From Candidatus Wolfebacteria bacterium GW2011_GWA1_44_24 (lineage in GTDB: Bacteria; Patescibacteriota; Minisyncoccia; UBA6257; UBA9933): a stretch of DNA of 64,000 bases. The translations under genes and the position numbers were made by a program. Under the pieces are notes generated by a model. The model was not told the origin of the DNA, ran no database searches, and saw nothing but the letters and a program-made list of their open reading frames with translations. The DNA lies in contig LCIO01000001.1 in assembly GCA_001001115.1 (NCBI GenBank), positions 300,710 to 364,709 of the forward strand, given 5' to 3'. Positions 57,928 through 64,000 of this stretch are shown piece after piece (positions within the stretch are counted from its first letter, which is position 1; every line of letters begins with the position of its first letter).

Positions 57928-58430
57928 TTCTTGGTGATTTGTGTTATTAATCCTCTTCCGCCGAATCGCGGCTCCATGGTGATTTTACATTCCGTAGGAA
58001 TCATTTTTAAAAATTCGTTTAATTTTTGGAAAGCCCATGTTCGGTTGTATTTTTCTCGTCCCCTCAAAGTCAGCATAATTTCCACTTTATTGCCCTCGGC
58101 TAAAAATTCCTCTATTTTTCTGACCTTGGTTTCTAAGTCATTTTTGGCTTCCCGGGCGCTTATCTGAACTTGCTTTAATTCGCTTATCTTCTGCGACGCT
58201 TTTTGTTTCTTTAATTCTTTTTCTCTCTGGTAGCGGAATTTGTCAAAACTGATTATTTTGGCGACTGGCGGCTTAGCGGTCGGCACGACCTCAATCAAGT
58301 CCAATGTTTTATCCTGCGCCAATTTTAATGCCGCCTCAAGCGGCATAATCCCCAGATTCTTTCCTTCCTCGTCCAACACTCTCAGTTCGGGTGATTTTAT
58401 TTGATTGTTTATTTTATATTGCTGAATAAT
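57924..58430 (-). CDS. infC: Translation initiation factor IF-3 (ATT start)
   Basis: Frame extends upstream through conserved KINNQI..ELRV to ATT ATT at 58430/58427; PPVAKI, RGRE. Confidence 0.93.
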   Translation of the reverse strand: MIQQYKINNQIKSPELRVLDEEGKNLGIMPLEAALKLAQDKTLDLIEVVPTAKPPVAKIISFDKFRYQREKELKKQKASQKISELKQVQISAREAKNDLETKVRKIEEFLAEGNKVEIMLTLRGREKYNRTWAFQKLNEFLKMIPTECKITMEPRFGGRGLITQITKK

Positions 58431-58443
58431 ATCTTTGATTTAG

Positions 58444-58755
58444 TGGAAGCGAGCGGAATTGAACCGCTGTCCAAAGATTATCGGAAAAAATTTCTACAGG
58501 CTTATCCGCCTTTGGCGGAGATTTTTGCTCCTTATTTGTCTCCGGATATCGGAGCGTTTTTCCAGAGTTTGCCCAATTATTACACCGGTTGTCCCTTATT
58601 AGGCGTCAGGGGCCGATGGCTTCGGCGATTTATGCAAACGCCGGAGCAAAAGCCAAATTTTTGTTGGCAGTTATTTTGTTTTGATTGGATTAATGAGACA
58701 ATCGGCTCAGCCTGCGGTTTTATCGGAAAAATCTTTGTCGAAGCCTAGCGCTCCC
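58444..58755 (-). ncRNA. ssrA: tmRNA (about 312 nt), tag ANKNLAFAPAFA*
   Basis: Acceptor GGGAGCG/CGCUUCC-A with G3.U70; GGCUUCGAC; T-arm AGCGG-UUCAAUU-CCGCU; resume context AUAACU-GCC; tag at 58668-58630; CCA not fully encoded. Confidence 0.93.
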
Positions 58756-59182
58756 GTTGTATTTCCCTTCCAATTTCTCTTTTTCTGATCAATTCTCTTT
58801 TGTCTGCTTTTTTTCGGCTTTTTCCCAAACAGATTTCTATCTTTATTTTCGAGTTTTTAGTATAAATCTTTAAAGGCATCAAAGTCAAGCCTTTTTCATG
58901 GATGCGGCCAATAAGGTTTTTAATTTCCGATTTTTTGAGAAGCAGTCGGCGGTTTCGTTTTGAATTATAATCAAGCGGCGCGTTTTTTGGCTGATAGGGC
59001 GGAATATCGGCGTTTATCAGCCAAGCTTCGTTGTTTCGGATAATGGCATAAGAACCGACAAGATTTATTCTTCCGGATTTTATGGACTTAACTTCAAACC
59101 CTTTCAATTCCAAGCCCGCTTCATAAGTTTCAAGGATTTCGTAGTCGAATCTCGCTTTTTTATTTTCCGCGATTATTGGCAT
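58745..59182 (-). CDS. smpB: SsrA-binding protein
   Basis: NKKARFDY, EAGLEL.G.EVKS, RRLLLKK.EI, DKRE. Confidence 0.97.
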   Translation of the reverse strand: MPIIAENKKARFDYEILETYEAGLELKGFEVKSIKSGRINLVGSYAIIRNNEAWLINADIPPYQPKNAPLDYNSKRNRRLLLKKSEIKNLIGRIHEKGLTLMPLKIYTKNSKIKIEICLGKSRKKADKRELIRKREIGREIQRER

Positions 59183-59217
59183 AAATTAAGTATAACTTAT
59201 CCAGAAATTTTAGAAAT

Positions 59218-59242
59218 AAAAAAGGGGCGTTAGTTTCGCCCC
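59218..59242 (-). terminator. Intrinsic terminator of the cassette
   Basis: GGGGCG/CGCCCC stem + U6 on the minus strand. Confidence 0.75.
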
Positions 59243-59258
59243 TATGGAATAAGATGAT

Positions 59259-59837
59259 TTATGTACTACCCAAAAGCCTCCAGAAATCTCCCATTTCTCG
59301 ATCTTGTCTCAGGCATTTTATAAGCCTTGTGTCCAAATAAAAATGGAGGGAGTTTTGTATTTTTTTTATCCATTCCGAATATTCTTCCTTCTTATCATAG
59401 ACGTCCCTTCCAAGATCCAAAAAATGAATCCGCATATCTCTCAAATTAGCAACACTATTGCCAAGACTGGCAAAAAGCATTGTTATGGCAAAGACATCGC
59501 AAAGGAGTTCCCTCATATAGCCGCAATAGGGCACATAGAGGGGTTGTCTTAGCAGCACAAAATGATGTCCTAATTCATGAAATGTCAAGAAATCCAACCA
59601 CATTTGACAATTCGAAACTGGGAGGATCACGACCCTCTTGCAGGGGGGTTTTTCTCCCCTCTCGCTTAATCTTAAATAAGCTGTCGTCTCTTTCTGCTTA
59701 AAATCTGTTATTATCTGAATGTTGCAAATTTCGCAAAGGTTTTTGGCCGACCTTCCTTTAAATTCATCATAAATGTCCAAAAGAACTTTTAAGATTTTCT
59801 TTCTGTGGTGTATTCTTTCGTCAAATATCGTTGCCAT
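59259..59837 (-). CDS. ImmA/IrrE-like HExxH metallopeptidase
   Basis: FLTFHELGHH...RELLCDVFA pattern. Confidence 0.65.
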   Translation of the reverse strand: MATIFDERIHHRKKILKVLLDIYDEFKGRSAKNLCEICNIQIITDFKQKETTAYLRLSERGEKPPCKRVVILPVSNCQMWLDFLTFHELGHHFVLLRQPLYVPYCGYMRELLCDVFAITMLFASLGNSVANLRDMRIHFLDLGRDVYDKKEEYSEWIKKIQNSLHFYLDTRLIKCLRQDREMGDFWRLLGST

Positions 59838-59852
59838 TTTTCTTTTTCTCCC

Positions 59853-59914
59853 TATTAAGTTTTAATTTTAATCTTTTTAAATTATAATAAAGTTAAATGA
59901 TTAAATCAAGAATT
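59853..59914. repeat. 62-bp direct repeat, copy 1 (promoter/leader)
   Basis: 59/62 identical to 60736-60797; minus strand TTGATT-17nt-TATAAT. Confidence 0.92.
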
Positions 59915-60016
59915 ATATTTTAAGTATCAAGCATTAAGCATTATAAAAATAAAAAAGGCCTACTCAACATATAAATGTTTTTCGGCCATATTTTTTTAGG
60001 ATTTTCCCCAAGATTT

Positions 60017-60415
60017 TTATTTTTTTCTCGGATTTTTTCCGTTTTTTTCTGACCTTCCATCACAATCGGGACATGTTTCGTTTTTGAGATATTTATTTCT
60101 CGTAGGCGCAGCGCACATTTTACACCGCACTGCAAGCTCATTTATGAGTAAGGCTACGTCATCGACGCAGGGATCGCCTCCAAAGCGAGATTCTGCATAC
60201 TTGGAGAAAGGGCGATACTGAAAAAGCATTCGCGCTTCTTCTTTTGTCATGGGTTGTATTACAACGCCGACTCCTCCCTTTATTTCGTAAAATTTAACCA
60301 CCTTTTCTTCCTCGTATCGTTGTCTGGCATAGTCGATCAATCCTTTGTCAACTGAAAAAAGTTTTATGTGTTTTGGGTCAATAGCTGGGTTCATCTTGCC
60401 GCATTCTTCGCACAT
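60017..60415 (-). CDS. Cys-rich hypothetical protein (three CxxC)
   Basis: SD AAGGAGG; CEEC, CKMC, CPDC. Confidence 0.7.
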   Translation of the reverse strand: MCEECGKMNPAIDPKHIKLFSVDKGLIDYARQRYEEEKVVKFYEIKGGVGVVIQPMTKEEARMLFQYRPFSKYAESRFGGDPCVDDVALLINELAVRCKMCAAPTRNKYLKNETCPDCDGRSEKNGKNPRKK

Positions 60416-60502
60416 TTTTCCCTCCTTATTTGATAATTCTTTTTGATGTATTCGTAAAGAATGCCGTCTTTTTTTCTGGAGATTTTTACTAACCCCCTTC
60501 TT

Positions 60503-60721
60503 TCACAGTAAGAGAAGAAATCCTGTATTTTGTATTCTAAGCTCCTTTCTTAATTTCTTAAAGAAGAATTCATTAAGCCCGACTGGTTTTGAAAAACGAG
60601 ATAAGGTTGTTAAAAGCAATTCCCGTGTCCTTATCACGTTTTTTATAAAACCCTTTGGGGGACCAAAAACATCATAATAAACGTGAGCGATTTCCTTATT
60701 AGTAAGATTTTTCTCTCTCAT
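60503..60721 (-). CDS. Hypothetical protein
   Basis: SD AAGGAGGGG; directly after the repeated promoter. Confidence 0.6.
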   Translation of the reverse strand: MREKNLTNKEIAHVYYDVFGPPKGFIKNVIRTRELLLTTLSRFSKPVGLNEFFFKKLRKELRIQNTGFLLLL

Positions 60722-60735
60722 TATCTACCCCTCCT

Positions 60736-60797
60736 TATTAAGTTTTAATTTCAATCTTTTTAAATTATAATAAAGTTAAATGATTAAGTCAATAATT
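60736..60797. repeat. 62-bp direct repeat, copy 2, includes the argS start
   Basis: Minus strand TTGACT-17nt-TATAAT; plus strand TATAAT 8 nt before the argS ATG. Confidence 0.92.
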
Positions 60798-62384
60798 GAA
60801 AATTATCTTAAAAAAGCGATTAAAGAGAATATTGAGATAGAAGTTTTTGTTTCAGAAGGGGAGCAATTCGGACATTATTCGACGAATGTCGCTTTGAAAT
60901 TGGCGAAAATCAAAAAAGAAAATCCGATGGAAATTGCCGTAAAAATCGCGTCAGATGTCAGACATCGGATGTCAGATGTTTTTAATAAAGTAGAAGTCGC
61001 GCCGCCGGGTTTTATAAATTTTTGGCTCAAGCCGGAAGTTTTTCAAAACGAATTAAAAGAAGTTTTAAAGAAAAAAGAGAAGTACGGCAAATCGCAAATT
61101 GCAAAGCGTAAAGCGTGTAAAATTCAAATTGAATTTATTTCGGCTAATCCCACTGGTCCCTTGACTCTTGCCAATGGCAGGGGAGGTTTTTTAGGTGATG
61201 CTTTAGCTAATATTTTAGAATTTTGCGGATATAAAATTGAGCGGGAATATTATGTAAACGACACCGGCAATCAGATTTTAACGCTGGGAAAATCAATCTT
61301 GGCGGCCGGCGGATCCGTTCCATTCGAAGAAAAATTTTATAAAGGAGAGTATGTAAAAAAATGGGCAAAGAAAAATTCAGCGATAGTGAAAAAATACAAA
61401 GATAATCCATTAAAAGTGGGGAAATTGGCGGCTAAAGATTTTTTGACCGGAATTAAAAAAGTTCTTCAAAAAGAGGCAAAAATTAGTTTTGACCGCTGGA
61501 CTTCGGAAAATAAACACATTCACAAAAGAAGTTATATCAAAAAAACGCTGAATATCTTTAAAAAATCCGGTTTGGTTTATGAAAAAGACGGCGCTGTTTG
61601 GCTTAAAACTACGAAATTCGGAGATGATAAAGACCGCGTCCTGATTACCGGCGATAATTTTCCGACTTATTTTTTGGCCGATTCCGGCCATTATTTGGAA
61701 ACCAAAGAGCGGGGTTTTAGCGGGAAAATTGCTATTTGGGGACCGGACCATTTTGGCTATATCAGGCGCATTCAAACGGCGGCGGAAATTATGGGTTTTG
61801 AAAATTCCGAAATTATCATTACTCAGGCAGTTCGGTTGATGAGTCAAGGCAAGGAAGTTAAAATGTCCAAAAGGACCGGCGAATTTGTGACTTTTGAAGA
61901 ATTGATTAAAAAAGTCGGCGTTGACGCGACGCGGTTTTTCTTTTTAATGCATTCGCCGGATTCTCATATGGATTTTAACCTTGATTTGGCAAAAGAAAGG
62001 TCTTTGAAAAATCCGGTCTATTATGTTCAATACGCGGCAGTAAGATGTCAAAGTATTTTAAAAAAATCAAAAATCAAAGGCCAAAAACCAAAGGCTAAAT
62101 ATAATTTATTAAATACGCCGGAAGATATAAATTTAATTAGATTACTGGCGCGGTTTTCGGAAGTTGTTGAAGAAGCCGCTGGAAAATTAAACCCGCAGAT
62201 TTTGGCGCGTTATTCTTTGGATTTGGCGCGGCAGTTTCATAATTTTTATGAGAAAGAGCGAATAATCGGCGAAAATATTGATAAAAATTTATCATTGGCG
62301 CGTTTGGAACTGATAAAAGCTGTCCAGGCAGCTTTTAAAAATTTATTCGGACTTTTGGGTATTTCTATGCCGAAGAAGATGTAG
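60780..62384 (+). CDS. argS: Arginine--tRNA ligase
   Basis: FGHYSTN, PGFINF, SANPTGPL, KMSKRTG, YYVQYA, MPKKM. Confidence 0.97.
   Translation: MIKSIIENYLKKAIKENIEIEVFVSEGEQFGHYSTNVALKLAKIKKENPMEIAVKIASDVRHRMSDVFNKVEVAPPGFINFWLKPEVFQNELKEVLKKKEKYGKSQIAKRKACKIQIEFISANPTGPLTLANGRGGFLGDALANILEFCGYKIEREYYVNDTGNQILTLGKSILAAGGSVPFEEKFYKGEYVKKWAKKNSAIVKKYKDNPLKVGKLAAKDFLTGIKKVLQKEAKISFDRWTSENKHIHKRSYIKKTLNIFKKSGLVYEKDGAVWLKTTKFGDDKDRVLITGDNFPTYFLADSGHYLETKERGFSGKIAIWGPDHFGYIRRIQTAAEIMGFENSEIIITQAVRLMSQGKEVKMSKRTGEFVTFEELIKKVGVDATRFFFLMHSPDSHMDFNLDLAKERSLKNPVYYVQYAAVRCQSILKKSKIKGQKPKAKYNLLNTPEDINLIRLLARFSEVVEEAAGKLNPQILARYSLDLARQFHNFYEKERIIGENIDKNLSLARLELIKAVQAAFKNLFGLLGISMPKKM
60950..60977 (+). repeat. 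Heptamer repeat x4 in argS (site 1)
   Basis: GTCAGAT GTCAGAC ATCGGAT GTCAGAT. Confidence 0.8.
61087..61114 (+). repeat. Heptamer repeat x4 in argS (site 2)
   Basis: GCAAATC GCAAATT GCAAAGC GTAAAGC. Confidence 0.75.
62067..62101 (+). repeat. Heptamer repeat x5 in argS (site 3)
   Basis: TCAAAAA TCAAAGG CCAAAAA CCAAAGG CTAAATA. Confidence 0.7.
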
Positions 62385-62494
62385 AATTGCTGGCCTTGAT
62401 TTTTTTAGGTTAAATATATACTCTTTTACGGAGTAAAAGAGCTAAAGTGAATTTTTATATGTTCTTCTAAAATTTAATAAAGGAGAGATAAAAC

Positions 62495-64000
62495 ATGAAG
62501 AAAAAAATCGGTAATGGATTAAAGCCGTTGGAAATGCTTGACCTGAGTAAATGTCAGACAGTCAGCGATATCGTCGATGGTATGTCGCGTTGCGCGTTTG
62601 GCGCGCGGATGTTGGGCGAAGTGGCAACGAAGCTGACAGATTGGTGCAGGGAGAGGGAACACCCGTTCATTATCTTTGACGGGAAAAGAGACACCTCGTT
62701 ATATAGATACCTTATTAAGGAGATGATGGGTTGCGGATTCCATAAGATCATCACTTCTCAAGAGTATAATGAGAGGTATAATGATCGTCGGTATTATGAT
62801 TACGGCGAGAGATGTGATATTCATCCGGCGCTGGTTGTCGGAATGTATTCTGAAAAACATGCCGACATGCTTTATGCGCGGCATAACGGCACCACGGTCT
62901 ACATCAATCAGTTTGACTTGGCAAAGCCGGGGCAAGTCAAGGACGGTTATTTCCCGGATGCGGTTTTTTCGGACCCGAGATTTATTATCCCGCTTCTGTG
63001 TTTCACTATCAGAGAGCGTTTGACGGGGAAAAAAGGGTCTGTAGCGGAGTTGATCGCGGTTTTACGGCAAGAGCAATTCGGTGGCTTGGCTGATCAAGTG
63101 GTTCATGGCGCTGATACTATGCTTGCCATGATGCAGGATCCGAAATGCTTTAGGTTTTTGACGCTTTCCGGCGCTATGACCATCGCGCAAATGTCGCTGG
63201 TGATTTGTGAAATGATTGAGCGGGGTATCGCTCAATCAATCACGGCTACGGGCGCGTTGATGGCGCATGGACTGATGCCAGGATTGGGGCTGAAACATTA
63301 CAAATACAATCCAGCAGATAACGATTTGAAATTGGCAAAGGCGGGGCTTAATCGAGTTACGGATACGTTGGAGCCGGAAACAAACTTTGACCACCTTGAT
63401 GAAGTTATGAATAAGGTATTGAATCAAATTTCCGGGGAGAAACCGATAAACCCGAGCGAGCTTCATAAAGGAATAGGACGGTATTTGAAAAAAACCTATC
63501 CTCAACAGCGCGCAATCATGAAGTCAGCTTTTGAGCATAAAGTTCCGGTTTTTGTTCCAGCATTTGTCGATTCAGAGCTGGGAAATGATGTGTTTGTCTC
63601 CAATATCGAGCGAAGGATAGTTGGAAAGTCTCCTATTGTTATGGATATGGAGATAGACTCGATGAAGTTGATGGATATCATGGCGGAGGCGGAACATCCG
63701 GCTATCATCTCAATCGGCGGCGGCGTTCCTCGCAACAATGTGCAAAATGTCGCGCCGCTTATGGAGATTTATAACAATCGCCTCGGGTCATTGTTTAAAA
63801 AACACCCCGAGCTGAAACGGCCAGTAAAGAAATTTCGTTACGGCTGTCGCATTTGTCCCGATAAGCCGCACATCGGCCATTTGTCGGGATGCACTTACCA
63901 GGAAAATATGTCTTGGCGCAAGATGGACCCAAACGGAATGTTTGCGGAAATTCAGGCTGACGCCACCATCGTTTGGCCATTCCTGATTAAATACATCATG
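62495..64000 (+). CDS. Deoxyhypusine synthase-like protein (homospermidine synthase type), runs off window end
   Basis: Manual translation, open for 502 codons: LTLSGAMT, TGALMAH, NRVTD, PAFVDSELG, IGGGVPRN, LSGCTYQENMSWRK, ADATIVWP; SD AAAGGAG. Confidence 0.9.
   Translation, partial: MKKKIGNGLKPLEMLDLSKCQTVSDIVDGMSRCAFGARMLGEVATKLTDWCREREHPFIIFDGKRDTSLYRYLIKEMMGCGFHKIITSQEYNERYNDRRYYDYGERCDIHPALVVGMYSEKHADMLYARHNGTTVYINQFDLAKPGQVKDGYFPDAVFSDPRFIIPLLCFTIRERLTGKKGSVAELIAVLRQEQFGGLADQVVHGADTMLAMMQDPKCFRFLTLSGAMTIAQMSLVICEMIERGIAQSITATGALMAHGLMPGLGLKHYKYNPADNDLKLAKAGLNRVTDTLEPETNFDHLDEVMNKVLNQISGEKPINPSELHKGIGRYLKKTYPQQRAIMKSAFEHKVPVFVPAFVDSELGNDVFVSNIERRIVGKSPIVMDMEIDSMKLMDIMAEAEHPAIISIGGGVPRNNVQNVAPLMEIYNNRLGSLFKKHPELKRPVKKFRYGCRICPDKPHIGHLSGCTYQENMSWRKMDPNGMFAEIQADATIVWPFLIKYIM

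Noticed and set aside
58444..58472. tRNA-like T-arm and acceptor
   Set aside because: It is the tRNA-like domain of tmRNA; there is no anticodon arm.
58401..58748. 115-aa plus-strand ORF
   Set aside because: Antisense shadow of tmRNA; the minus strand has all tmRNA hallmarks.
59853..60797. Direct repeats as CRISPR array or IS ends
   Set aside because: Only two copies, 883 bp apart; no cas or transposase; better explained as a duplicated promoter.
1207..63980. Many 60-170 aa ORFs antisense to or nested in long genes
   Set aside because: They overlap well-supported genes and show no recognisable motifs or initiation signals.

Overview
Compact bacterial chromosome segment, genetic code 11 (TGA is used as stop). 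Gene content and style point to Patescibacteria/CPR, probably Parcubacteria. This is an inference from the CPR-type VirB4/PrgI/VirB6/pilin locus, the rpsO-NYN-pnp order, the membrane-anchored Clp ATPase and the lack of rplA after rplK. The backbone is housekeeping: PBP1A, ruvC, rpmH-rnpA-yidC-jag, glyA, Mur ligase, ruvA, rpsT, pnp, rpsO, xer, comM, uvrD/pcrA, rsmA, mutM, pyrG, holA, gyrB, secE-nusG-rplK, gatB, miaA, thrS, dnaE, polX, smpB-ssrA-infC-rpmI-rplT and argS. It also holds an 11-kb T4SS-like/pilin cluster. Main observations: (1) The tmRNA 5' end lies inside the last codons of smpB. RNase P maturation of a co-transcript would remove the smpB stop codon, which suggests a trans-translation feedback loop. 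(2) Two expression regimes appear to coexist. Core genes look leaderless and lack SD sites, while about 9 interspersed orphan-gene cassettes have strong SD sites, mostly with near-consensus promoters and terminators, and sometimes boxA-like leaders. (3) Degenerate 7-nt tandem repeats sit in frame in many core genes and build signal peptides. (4) A pilin is fused to a LAS-type peptidase. (5) A deoxyhypusine-synthase-like protein has an apparent miniature duplicate domain. All calls come from reading the sequence by eye; no searches were run.
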